Shown here in pieces: positions 18,501-27,566 of a stretch of 64,000 nucleotides of DNA. The position numbers were made by a program, and so were the translations under genes. The stretch is taken from assembly GCA_036513255.1 (NCBI GenBank), contig DATBZH010000037.1:15542-79541 (forward strand), written 5' to 3'. The notes beneath the pieces were generated by a model. The model was given only the letters and a program-made list of their open reading frames with translations. It was not told the origin of the DNA and ran no database searches. This stretch comes from Candidatus Sulfotelmatobacter sp. (GTDB taxonomy: Bacteria; Acidobacteriota; Terriglobia; Terriglobales; Acidobacteriaceae). The first letter of the stretch is position 1, and each line of letters begins with the position of its first letter.

Positions 18501-20483
18501 ATGAAACTAGCAAGTCCTCCCATGCGATTCTTTGCGCTGTCCTGCCTGATTGCAGCTTCTTTCTTCTTTGCGCCCTTCTTGCGGGTGCAAGCGGCCGAAT
18601 CTTCTCGCGCCGCCGGCATCCTCGATTCCATGCCTCACGCGAAGAAGATCGATCAGGCGGCGCTGTCGCCAGATGGAATGCAAGCGGCCTATACCGTGGA
18701 CGGAGAACTCACGGTAGTCGCCTTCAGCAGTGGCGCGTCTCATCTAGTGTCCGTAGAAGGGAAGCCTCCGCTGCGCGATCTTGCCTGGTCGGCGGACAGC
18801 AGGCAGCTTGCGTTTCTGGCGGACATGCCGGGCGATGTTCCATCGGCACAGCTTTGGACCGTTAGTGTCGATGGCGGCGCTCCGGTAAAGCGGGTAGACC
18901 TGAAAGGCTATGCTCAGACGCTGCGGTTTTCGCCGGATGGATTCAGAGTCGCGGTGTTGTTTATTGAGGGAATGCCACGCGTGGCTGGTCCGCTGCAACC
19001 GATGACGCCGTTATCGGGAGTGGCGGGCGAGAAGATTTACGAGCAGCGGCTTGCGACCATTGATCTCAGCACAAACAAACTGGCCCAGGTCACACCCGCC
19101 GATATTTATATCTACGAATATGATTGGACGCCCGATGGGAAAAGCTGGGCGGCGATTGCGGCGCACGGCAATGGGGATGCGAACTGGTGGGTTGCGCGGA
19201 TGTATCGCGTGGATGCGGCGAGTGGGGCGATGCGGGAGATTTACGCGCCGAAGTTGCAGATTACCGATCCTCATGTCTCTCCGGATGGGAAGAACGTGGT
19301 GTTCATTGAAGGATTGATGAGCGATGAAGGGATCACCGGTGGAGACGTTTACGTTGTGGCGTTCGCGGGCGGGGCGGCGCGGAATCTTACGCCGGGGATT
19401 AAGGCGTCGCCTTCGGCGGTGACGTGGGCGGGAGATGAGCGCATTGTGTTTGTGCAGGATGTAGATGGAAATTCCAGCTTTGCTGCCATGAGCGTGAATG
19501 GCGGGGGGGTAGAGACGCTTTGGACGGGCGAGGAATTGGTGGGTACGGGCAGCGATGCGTGGGAGCACGCGGCTTCATTTTCTCGGGATGGAGCGAAGGC
19601 TGCGGTAGTGAGGCAGTCGGCGGGTACGCCGTCAGAACTTTGGGCGGGGCAGATTGGCAAGTGGCAGCAGGTGACGCATGTGAATGACGGGATCAAACCC
19701 GCATGGGGCGAGACACGCAACGTGAACTGGATGAACGGGAAAACACGAGTGCAAGGATGGCTGACTCTGCCCAAAGATTTCAGCCCGAGCAAAAGCTATC
19801 CGCTGTTGGTGAGCGTGCATGGCGGGCCGGCGCACGCCTGCACTTCGCGCTGGGACGAGGGGATCGCCGGCGCGGCATCGGCGCTGGGATATTTTGTGCT
19901 GTGTCCGAACCCGCGCGGAAGTTATGGGCAGGGCGAGGCGTTTACGCAGGGCAACGTCAAGGACTTCGGCGGCGGCGACTATCGCGATATTGTCGCCGGC
20001 GTTGATGCGCTCGCGAAACAATTTCCGATCGACCCAAAGCGGGTAGGCATACGTGGGCACAGCTATGGCGGATACATGGTGATGTGGGCGGAGACGCAGA
20101 CTACGCGCTTTGCCGCGGCGGTGGCGGGTGCGGGGCTTTCGGATTGGCTGAGCTACTACGGACTGAACGATATTGACGAGTGGATGATTCCGTTCTTCGG
20201 GGCTTCAGTGTATGACGATCCGGCGGTGTATGCCAAGAGCGATCCCATGCATTTTGTGAAGGCGGTGAAAACGCCGACGCTGATTCTGGTTGGCGAGCGT
20301 GATGGGGAGGTTCCTATGGAGCAGTCGGTGGAGTGGTGGCACGCGCTGAAGGCGATGAATGTGCCGACAACGCTCGTGGTGTATCCGAACGAAGGGCATC
20401 TGTTTCTGAAGCCGGCGGATGCGCGGGACTACAATTTGCGGACGTTGGAGTGGTTTGAGGCGTGGTTTGGGAAGGCGAAGTGA
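18501..20483 (+). CDS. S9 family serine peptidase (prolyl oligopeptidase / acylaminoacyl-peptidase-like)
   Basis: Signal peptide from MKLASPPMRFFALSCLIAASFFFAP, then a WD40-like beta-propeller and a C-terminal alpha/beta hydrolase domain with GHSYGGYM (Ser nucleophile), a GERDGEVP Asp and an NEGH His. Confidence 0.85.
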   Translation: MKLASPPMRFFALSCLIAASFFFAPFLRVQAAESSRAAGILDSMPHAKKIDQAALSPDGMQAAYTVDGELTVVAFSSGASHLVSVEGKPPLRDLAWSADSRQLAFLADMPGDVPSAQLWTVSVDGGAPVKRVDLKGYAQTLRFSPDGFRVAVLFIEGMPRVAGPLQPMTPLSGVAGEKIYEQRLATIDLSTNKLAQVTPADIYIYEYDWTPDGKSWAAIAAHGNGDANWWVARMYRVDAASGAMREIYAPKLQITDPHVSPDGKNVVFIEGLMSDEGITGGDVYVVAFAGGAARNLTPGIKASPSAVTWAGDERIVFVQDVDGNSSFAAMSVNGGGVETLWTGEELVGTGSDAWEHAASFSRDGAKAAVVRQSAGTPSELWAGQIGKWQQVTHVNDGIKPAWGETRNVNWMNGKTRVQGWLTLPKDFSPSKSYPLLVSVHGGPAHACTSRWDEGIAGAASALGYFVLCPNPRGSYGQGEAFTQGNVKDFGGGDYRDIVAGVDALAKQFPIDPKRVGIRGHSYGGYMVMWAETQTTRFAAAVAGAGLSDWLSYYGLNDIDEWMIPFFGASVYDDPAVYAKSDPMHFVKAVKTPTLILVGERDGEVPMEQSVEWWHALKAMNVPTTLVVYPNEGHLFLKPADARDYNLRTLEWFEAWFGKAK

Positions 20484-20484
20484 A

Positions 20485-20892
20485 GTGATTCATAATCGCC
20501 CACACCCGAAGCGGAAGCTTGTGCCAGTAGTTACCGTGATCGCCGTTCTTGCCTTTGGCTTGGCTTGTCGTCGAATCGAGGATAACGACTTGACGGGACG
20601 CTTTGTGTTCGAACGAGACTCTGTACGTTTGGAACTGCGGCTCAATCCGGATCATACTTACACCGAAACGGTCACTCAGGCCAGGACCCAGAAGCAGGCC
20701 AGTGGAGCATGGCGTACTGGGACGGTCCAGAATTTGAGTTTGGTGGATGTCTGGGTGCCGTTTGTTCAGCCTGGGTCAGATCATATCGATCTAAGACAGA
20801 CTCTCTTCAGTTTTCAGGTAGTGCCTTGCGGGTCGAAGCTCTGTTTGGGCGTTAGCGATAACGATCCCGCGCTCCCGTTCGTCAAAGAGTAA
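20485..20892 (+). CDS. hypothetical membrane-anchored protein
   Basis: The GTG at 20485 follows GAAGG. The N-terminal hydrophobic segment is LVPVVTVIAVLAFGLAC. No family was recognised. Confidence 0.4.
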   Translation: MIHNRPHPKRKLVPVVTVIAVLAFGLACRRIEDNDLTGRFVFERDSVRLELRLNPDHTYTETVTQARTQKQASGAWRTGTVQNLSLVDVWVPFVQPGSDHIDLRQTLFSFQVVPCGSKLCLGVSDNDPALPFVKE

Positions 20893-20993
20893 GACTTATA
20901 TCGTTTAGGCGCCGACCGGCGGCTGTCCGTTCCCTGTGTTAAACTTTTCACTTCACACATAGAAGACGCTGACGGCAAGCACCTAATCCGCAA

Positions 20994-21272
20994 ATGCTTT
21001 TTTCCAAAGAATATGTGGGCTATCTGGCCCGCGAAGTCACCAAGAAACTGATTGCTGGCAAGTTCATCGAGACCACGGCTGTGCCCGCGGTCACCGAGAA
21101 AGTGCATGCCGCGCTGCTGGATGAACTCACGCTGGAAGACCGCATCAACGACGACGTACGCAAGATTCTGGAAACCTACGCCGACGAGATGAACAAGACG
21201 GGCGCGAATTACCAGGAAATGTTTCGCAAGGTGAAAAGTGAACTCGTGAAAAAGTACAAGGCGGTGCTGTGA
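20994..21272 (+). CDS. DUF507 family protein (paralog 1)
   Basis: 92 aa. LEDRINDDVRKILETYADEMNKTGANYQEMFRKVKSELVKKY fits the DUF507 pattern as remembered. Confidence 0.65.
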   Translation: MLFSKEYVGYLAREVTKKLIAGKFIETTAVPAVTEKVHAALLDELTLEDRINDDVRKILETYADEMNKTGANYQEMFRKVKSELVKKYKAVL

Positions 21273-21544
21273 GATTAAGCCGCGACAAGGTGAACGTGTT
21301 GGCGCGGGCCGTCGCCGATGTGCTCAAGCAGATGGACGAGGTTGAGTTCATCGAAGACCCGAATACCATCCGTCAGGAGACGCGCAAGATTCTCGAAGAC
21401 CTGCTCAACCAGGAAGCCAGGATTGACGCTTCGGCCAAGCAGAAGATCGAAAGCCAGAAGCGGACGATTCTTGAAGGCTCGCAGGAGTGGGACATTCTCT
21501 ATCGCAAGTACTACAACGAGGAAGTGAAGAAGCTGGGAGTGTAG
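21269..21544 (+). CDS. DUF507 family protein (paralog 2)
   Basis: 91 aa. LSRDKVNVLARAVADVL...IRQETRKILEDLL...EARIDASAKQKIESQKR. Its start (GTGA) overlaps the stop of paralog 1. Confidence 0.65.
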   Translation: MRLSRDKVNVLARAVADVLKQMDEVEFIEDPNTIRQETRKILEDLLNQEARIDASAKQKIESQKRTILEGSQEWDILYRKYYNEEVKKLGV

Positions 21545-21571
21545 AGATTACGAATCCGGCTTGGTTATTGG

Positions 21572-21600
21572 AGCGGCCTGCTGGCCGCTTTTGTTTTTGT
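21572..21600 (+). terminator. rho-independent terminator after the DUF507 pair
   Basis: Stem AGCGGCC / GGCCGCT with loop TGCT, followed by TTTGTTTTTG. Confidence 0.7.
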
Positions 21601-21622
21601 AGCACTACCGAAGAAAACCGAA

Positions 21623-21702
21623 TTAACGCGGAGAACGCCAAGCATGCCGAGAAAAGCGGAGCAACTTAGAGTCTCGGCGTGCTCTGCGTTCTCGGCGATT
21701 AA
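21623..21702. repeat. REP-like inverted pair, TTAACGCGGAGAACGC...GCCGAGA type
   Basis: The left arm is TTAACGCGGAGAACGCCAAGCATGCCGAGA (21623-21652). The right arm is TCTCGGCGTGCTCTGCGTTCTCGGCGATTAA (21672-21702). They are imperfectly reverse-complementary. A third arm-like copy lies at 29807-29838. Confidence 0.7.
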
Positions 21703-21719
21703 TGTCTTTGAATTCGTTG

Positions 21720-22535
21720 CTAGTCAGCCGACTTCAGTTCAATCTCTGCGAGATTGCGGACTGAGCGGGCCGGGCGCTTGTCTTCGGTGACAACCAGACG
21801 AAATGGGCCGGTCTGCGCATTGAGTTGGGCGCCGTTCATAGTGTCGGCGACCAGAACTTCTCCGGGATGGAAGCTGGGATCGACTTCGGCAAGGGAGAAG
21901 ATTGCCTGATAGCCGTCCGATCCCGTCGCCACGACGTAACTTGCTAGAGCGAAACCGTGCAGTTCGCTTCCCAGAGGTGCATCCATTTTTGCCAGCAAGT
22001 CGGAAAGACGTACACCGGAATATGACTCGTCGACATTGGTGTGAGGATTGTGAATAGTGGCGGAGACGTGGGGCAGGGCCTTCAAATCCGCTGCGGTTAA
22101 AGTTAGATCCTCATGATAGGGAACCGCAGAGAGCAAAAGCGTGGGTCCGCCCGACGGATGGACTTCACGTGAACCGGCAGGCGCTATCAGCAGGCTGACT
22201 GTAATGGTTTGTCCTTCGGTTGCGTGCTGAACCGTGACGTGAGTGGCTGATCTCTTAAAGCCTGAGCTGTTCACGAACAAAGCGTATCCGCCGGGAAGCA
22301 AATCCAGACGCAGTTTGCCTTTGGCATCGGTTTCCATCACAGATGGAGCTGGATTCGGCGCGGGAACCAGGCGAACTTGGGCATGTGAAACAACGGTTCC
22401 GGATGGATCGGTTACCACGATGTTGACCGGCGTTTTTGCTTCCTGCGCAGCAGCGAGGGCCGCAATCAGGCAGACAGCGAAAACCGCGAGGCGATTCTTT
22501 GGTGCGCGCATGCGCAAGGATAACGCAGCAGGCAA
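21720..22535 (-). CDS. secreted protein: carboxypeptidase-regulatory-like domain plus molybdopterin-oxidoreductase-like domain
   Basis: It has a signal peptide. The N-domain is VNIVVTDPSGTVVSHAQVRLV...DAKGKLRLDLLPGGYALFV. The C-domain LTAADLKALP...YSGVRLSDLLAKM...SDGYQAIFSLAEVDP...GPFRLVVTEDKRPARSVRNLAEIEL resembles the small oxidoreductase molybdopterin-binding-like family. Confidence 0.55.
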   Translation of the reverse strand: MPAALSLRMRAPKNRLAVFAVCLIAALAAAQEAKTPVNIVVTDPSGTVVSHAQVRLVPAPNPAPSVMETDAKGKLRLDLLPGGYALFVNSSGFKRSATHVTVQHATEGQTITVSLLIAPAGSREVHPSGGPTLLLSAVPYHEDLTLTAADLKALPHVSATIHNPHTNVDESYSGVRLSDLLAKMDAPLGSELHGFALASYVVATGSDGYQAIFSLAEVDPSFHPGEVLVADTMNGAQLNAQTGPFRLVVTEDKRPARSVRNLAEIELKSAD

Positions 22536-22676
22536 CCGGTGTCAGCAAGGTCGAGTGCTCCTCTACATATTCGATTGCTCGACAAAAAAGGCCTCGCGTG
22601 CGAAACGCGAGGCCAGTGGAGAGAGACAACAGACAAGAACCAGTTCGGAGCCGCCCATTAATCGAATGTCTACTGC

Positions 22677-23516
22677 TCAGGCGGCAACAACACCGGCAGC
22701 TTCCCGGCGCCGCAAGATCGACTCGAGATGCTGGCGGTATCGCTGCGCATTGGCGGAAATTCTGCGTTGCGCCAAACTGGCCACCCACTGCGAGCGGGGT
22801 GTGCCGCGGCGTTCGCGGCGGGAACCAACCGGTCCACGGAACTTGAGGTTCACCGGCTTGTCTTCCATCGTTTGTTGCTGCCAGCCGCTACCGTTCGTGA
22901 CATTGAATACTCCGATATAGCCGCCCTTCAATAGCTGCAGCGGGTTGTGGACTTGGTTCATGCGGTCGAATTGTGTCGATCCCTGGGTGCGGAAGCTTTC
23001 AAACCACGAGGGATAAACGAAGTCCGAAACGAGAACATTGTCGATGGTGTAGCCAAAGCTGTCGTCTTCGCAGGCGTCACAGACTTCGTAGGCATAGAGG
23101 GTGCCGTTGGTGTCAGCGTTCTGCACGAATGCGGTTAGGTTGATGTCGGGATCGGCCAGCATTTCCAAGAGTTCGTGGCTAGCCGTGACCGTCCAAGAAC
23201 TGCCGGCTTTGAGATCGCTGGCGGCAAATACTTTGCTGATTGGCAAGGATGCTGGCGTAAGGTCGTGATAACCAAGAGCTCCGGCCTGATCGGAATCGTC
23301 GAGCATGACCAGCCACCAGCTTGCATCGGGCGGCGGCGTGCCCTTGGGAATCATTGTGAGTTCGGCGTCGATGCCCCAGACAGGGCGGAAGTCGTTGGTG
23401 ACCTGCTGTTGCAGCGCGTTGATCACGGGAAGGACGTCGGCATCTTTCAGCACGGTGCTTTCGTTGATGACGGCGATCTGGAGGGTGGCAAGTTGCGCGT
23501 GAGAGATTTGGGGCAT
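22677..23516 (-). CDS. conserved hypothetical protein with HELLE motif
   Basis: 279 aa with no signal peptide. It contains GALGYHD...WTVTASHELLEMLADPD and an Arg-rich C-terminal tail. No family name could be assigned. Confidence 0.6.
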   Translation of the reverse strand: MPQISHAQLATLQIAVINESTVLKDADVLPVINALQQQVTNDFRPVWGIDAELTMIPKGTPPPDASWWLVMLDDSDQAGALGYHDLTPASLPISKVFAASDLKAGSSWTVTASHELLEMLADPDINLTAFVQNADTNGTLYAYEVCDACEDDSFGYTIDNVLVSDFVYPSWFESFRTQGSTQFDRMNQVHNPLQLLKGGYIGVFNVTNGSGWQQQTMEDKPVNLKFRGPVGSRRERRGTPRSQWVASLAQRRISANAQRYRQHLESILRRREAAGVVAA

Positions 23517-23659
23517 GGAATTCTCCTTTTAGTTTCAGGATTGGAGAACGCGCATGGGAAATGCGTGACTCTGTGCTGGCAGATTACAACCGGCTGCGGT
23601 GCGAATACAGGAAAGCGCCAATAAAAATTCAAAACGGTTTCGTTTTGGAACGGCAATAA

Positions 23660-24763
23660 TTGTTTATGAGTTCGATCAGCGAAATTGCGGCCATTGCCAA
23701 GCAGTCGGCGCAGAGTGCCGGATTCGATTTGTGCGGAGTCGCGTCCGCTACCGACTCGCCGGAGCTTGCGTATTTTGCCGATTGGATCGCCGCCGGACAT
23801 GCGGGCGAGATGAAATATCTGGTGTCGCGCACCGAAGCGAACCCGGTTGAATCAGGTTCACTCAAAAGGTCCTCGCTGTCACACACGGCTCCGTGGGCGC
23901 GAAGCGTGATTGTGTGCGCGATCAACTACAACACGGAGCAGCCGTATTCGACCGAAGTGAATGATTCCGGTCGGGGATGGATTTCGCGCTATGCCTGGAG
24001 CGGCGAGGATTATCACGAGTCGGTGATGCGGAGGCTGAGGCAGGTGGAAGCGGCAATCCGCGCGGCTGTGAATGATGGCTCAAAGGAAGCTAACTTGATC
24101 ACGCGTTGCTACGTCGATACCGGGCCCATCATCGAGCGCGTGTATGCGAAATATGCCGGCGTTGGATGGATTGGCAAGAACACCTGCATCATCAATCAGA
24201 AGAAAGGATCGTGGCTGTTTCTTGGCGTGATTCTGACTTCGCTGGAGTTGCAGGCCGACATTCCCGCACCTGATCGATGCGGCACCTGCACCCGCTGCAT
24301 TCAGGCCTGCCCGACAAACGCGTTCGTTGCTCCGTATCAGCTCGACGCTAATAAATGTATTTCTTATCTCACAATCGAAAAGCGCGGGCCTATTCCCCAA
24401 GAGCTCAGAGCGGGAGTCGGGCACCAGGTTTTCGGATGTGACATTTGCCAGGACGTTTGTCCGTGGAACCGCAAAGCACCGGCGTCAACAGAAGCGGAAT
24501 TTCAAGCGCAGCCGGAGTTGGTGAACCCGGCGCTCGATTGGCTGGCTGAGATCAGCGAAGAAGAATTTCGGCGGCTGTTCCGCAAATCGGCTGTGCGGCG
24601 CACGAAGCGATCAGGAATGCGGCGGAATGCGGTGGTCGCGATGGGGAACAGCGCGAATAGGAACTTCCTGCCACTGCTGGAAAAGCTGACGACCGATCAA
24701 GACGAAGTGGTGGCCCAAACCGCTCGATGGGCCCGGTCAGAACTCGCCAGAAACGGCCACTAA
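23660..24763 (+). CDS. queG: tRNA epoxyqueuosine(34) reductase
   Basis: 367 aa. It has two ferredoxin-like clusters (CGTCTRCIQACPTNA, CDICQDVCPWN) and a C-terminal HEAT-like tail, which is typical QueG architecture. Confidence 0.9.
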   Translation: MFMSSISEIAAIAKQSAQSAGFDLCGVASATDSPELAYFADWIAAGHAGEMKYLVSRTEANPVESGSLKRSSLSHTAPWARSVIVCAINYNTEQPYSTEVNDSGRGWISRYAWSGEDYHESVMRRLRQVEAAIRAAVNDGSKEANLITRCYVDTGPIIERVYAKYAGVGWIGKNTCIINQKKGSWLFLGVILTSLELQADIPAPDRCGTCTRCIQACPTNAFVAPYQLDANKCISYLTIEKRGPIPQELRAGVGHQVFGCDICQDVCPWNRKAPASTEAEFQAQPELVNPALDWLAEISEEEFRRLFRKSAVRRTKRSGMRRNAVVAMGNSANRNFLPLLEKLTTDQDEVVAQTARWARSELARNGH

Positions 24764-24937
24764 AGCATCCTGTCTTTCTTGTATTTTTGTAAGGATTTCC
24801 TTTCCCCGCGCGCCTTCCAAACTTGCATCTAACTTGTCTGAGATCGGGCTAAACTTCAGTAACTGGTTTTTCGAATCCGGAGCAACTAATCTTCGGCTAA
24901 AGGGTTGTTAATAAGAAGGTTAGGATTATTTGTTGAG

Positions 24938-26362
24938 ATGAAAACTGCATCCCAATACGCACGGCAAGTGCAGCAGACTGCGTGCCTGCTCATGCTGTTT
25001 TTTGTGTCAATCTTGGCCAGCACCCCGCATGCTCAGGCTTCGGCTACTCTGTTGTTGGAAGAGCCGTACGGGAAGCTGGGATTTTTCACCGCCACGGGTC
25101 ACGCGGCGGTGTATCTCTCCGGCGTCTGCGCGGAATCCCCCCTGGTCCTTCGCCGTTGCAAGCCCGGCGAAACAGGAATCGTGCTGAGCCGCTATAACGG
25201 AGTGGGCGGCTACGACTGGATCGCGGTACCGCTGATCCCGTATCTTTACGCCGTCGAAAATGCGGACGAAGTTCCATTGTTCGCGGATGCCAAGATGGTC
25301 GCATTTCTCCGCGACCGTTATCGCAGAAAATATCTGGAAGCGGTTGCGCCCGATCTTGCCGATGGAGCGTCTCCGGGTGGCAACTGGTATGAATTGGTCG
25401 GATCTTCGTTTGACAGGACGATCTACGGATATGAAATCGAAACCAGCGCCGCGCAGGATGCAGCACTGATTCGTAAGTACAACGCCTCGGTCAACGAATC
25501 GCACTTCCGCACCGTCACGAGGAACTGCGCCGATTTCGCCAAAGACGTCATTAATTTTTACTATCCCAAAGCGCTGCACCGGAGCGTTGTGGCCGATGTG
25601 GGCATAACGACGCCCAAGCAGATGGCGAAAACCATAATGCGCTATAGCGATCACCATCCTGAACTAGAGTTCACGCGCGTAATTATCCCGCAGGTTCCGG
25701 GAAGCGCAGCGCGGAGCTCCAATGTTCACGGCGTAGTAGAAAGCTTTTTTAAATCGAAGAAATACATTGTGCCGAGCGCTATTGTGAGTCCCATTTTTGC
25801 GGGATGTGTTGCCGCTGTGTATGTGGGCACGGAGCGCGGACGATTTGATCCCGCGCGCGACGCGCTGGTTTTCTCCCCCGGGAATGATCCCGAAGCCCGG
25901 CTGGGACGTGAAGATCGGCGGGCCTATGAGAAAGAATTGAGCCATTTGCTGGCTCTGGACCAAGCAACAGGATCGGCGCCCCATGTCAAGAAAAACTGGG
26001 AACACATGGAAGCGAAGGCCAACACCGAATTCGACGATCAGGGCCGGCCAGTATTGCAAATGCAGTTGGAATCGGGGTTGGTGAACGTGGGTGTTTCCGC
26101 CGGCAACGTTCTTAACGGCCATGCTCCCGCGCAACTGACGCAGGAACTTCTCGCGGCCAGACTGCAACAGGAATTGCGCGATAAAGCGCCCCACGGAGTG
26201 GCGGAGAGCGAAGTCACTCGCGATTGGAATCTGCTGCAGGAAGCGATACGGCAGAGCGGAAGTGAAATTGCGCGAAACGCAAGACGGCAGCCGCTGGAAG
26301 CCTCTGCGAACACCGGAACAGCCAATCCTCGCGCGGAACGCAGCCGCGGGAACCTGCCTTAA
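24938..26362 (+). CDS. secreted hypothetical protein with papain-like His...Cys motif pair
   Basis: Signal peptide MKTASQYARQVQQTACLLMLFFVSILASTPHAQA. It contains GFFTATGHAAVYLSG and FRTVTRNCADFAKDVINFYYP. An alternative TTG start lies at 24905. Confidence 0.6.
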   Translation: MKTASQYARQVQQTACLLMLFFVSILASTPHAQASATLLLEEPYGKLGFFTATGHAAVYLSGVCAESPLVLRRCKPGETGIVLSRYNGVGGYDWIAVPLIPYLYAVENADEVPLFADAKMVAFLRDRYRRKYLEAVAPDLADGASPGGNWYELVGSSFDRTIYGYEIETSAAQDAALIRKYNASVNESHFRTVTRNCADFAKDVINFYYPKALHRSVVADVGITTPKQMAKTIMRYSDHHPELEFTRVIIPQVPGSAARSSNVHGVVESFFKSKKYIVPSAIVSPIFAGCVAAVYVGTERGRFDPARDALVFSPGNDPEARLGREDRRAYEKELSHLLALDQATGSAPHVKKNWEHMEAKANTEFDDQGRPVLQMQLESGLVNVGVSAGNVLNGHAPAQLTQELLAARLQQELRDKAPHGVAESEVTRDWNLLQEAIRQSGSEIARNARRQPLEASANTGTANPRAERSRGNLP

Positions 26363-26439
26363 CAAATCCGTACGGCGAGGAAACTCTCTGATTCTGACAT
26401 CGCAGATCTTTTCACTGAGTTCTTTCAGTTAAGACAAAA

Positions 26440-26466
26440 GCCGCGCCCTAGTGGCGCGGCTTCTTT
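26440..26466. terminator. bidirectional rho-independent terminator between convergent genes
   Basis: Stem GCCGCGCC / GGCGCGGC with loop CTAGT, flanked by AAAA upstream and TTCTTT downstream. Confidence 0.75.
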
Positions 26467-26504
26467 AAGTCTTAACTATTTTCTCAACCAGCTATTGTCG
26501 TTCC

Positions 26505-27275
26505 TCACTGAGGACGAGGGATTCCGCCGCTAGGAATCGGAGGTTGGCCCGGGGCCATCTGCTGCTGCATCTGCAATTGCCGCTGCTGCATTTCCTGCAA
26601 CATCTGCTGCGGAGTCTTTATGCCGGGCTGATCGGCGGGAGGCGTCTGTTCCGCTTCGGCAGTAGCCGCGTTTTGGTCGGCGCTGTCGTCGGGAGTCTCT
26701 TCGGGCGACGCGTCGGCATCGGTGGTATCGGGCGCGGTGGCGTCCGGCGGAGGGGCCATGTTCGGCTGATTAGGATCGGCCTGCGGTGCGCCTGGAGCTT
26801 GATTGTCGCCACCGGACTTGGCCACCAGAACCACTCGCGTGAGCAGGCCGGTATTAGACGGAGAACCGAGCAACACGTAGTTGAACTTGGAACCATTCAG
26901 TAATTCGGCGACCACATCGCGCGCCGGTCCCGGACCCAAGTGCGTAACCACACGCTCGCTGGCGGTAGGAGGAATTTCGATGTCAGCCGAAGTCTGTTTG
27001 CGCACCGCGCGCAGAATATCGCCTAGCGTGGAATTAGGCGCGACAATAGTGAGTTGTCCATCACGATAGCTCACTTGTGGCGCTACGGGCTGCATCGTAT
27101 CTAAAGGCATCTGCGGCACTGGGCCCTGCGGGCCTGAAGGAAGCGGAGCCAACTGCGGCGTCTTCTTGGCGGCTTTGCGAGGATGAGTCGATGTCGTCGC
27201 AACTTCCGCGTTCAGGCATCCCAGCGACAGAGCCCCTGTCAGCAAGAGACATGAAAATCGACGTCGTGTGCTCAT
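26505..27275 (-). CDS. secreted hypothetical protein with low-complexity Pro/Gln/Asp-rich C-terminus
   Basis: 256 aa with a signal peptide. A short globular segment (QVSYRDGQLTIVAPNSTLGDILRAVRKQTSADIEIP, STN-like) is followed by a disordered tail. Confidence 0.55.
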   Translation of the reverse strand: MSTRRRFSCLLLTGALSLGCLNAEVATTSTHPRKAAKKTPQLAPLPSGPQGPVPQMPLDTMQPVAPQVSYRDGQLTIVAPNSTLGDILRAVRKQTSADIEIPPTASERVVTHLGPGPARDVVAELLNGSKFNYVLLGSPSNTGLLTRVVLVAKSGGDNQAPGAPQADPNQPNMAPPPDATAPDTTDADASPEETPDDSADQNAATAEAEQTPPADQPGIKTPQQMLQEMQQRQLQMQQQMAPGQPPIPSGGIPRPQ

Positions 27276-27566
27276 GTAGATCCTCCCTCGAAGAACTCTT
27301 AGAAAAATTTTATCACCCAGAAACTGTGTCCAGGTGCAACAAAAAACTTATTCGGTGACGCTTACCAAAGGGAACGTTACTGACAGTACGCCCTTGCGTA
27401 GTTTAATCCTATGGCACCGAGCGGGAGGGTAACCGGCAAGTGGTAATGGCACTCGCCGTATGTGATTGTCGTACAATGAATTAGCTGGAGAATGGCAAAC
27501 AAATCCAAGGCTTTGGCATCTTTGAATAGACCGATTAAAGCCCAATCTCTGCAAGGAGCCGCTTCG

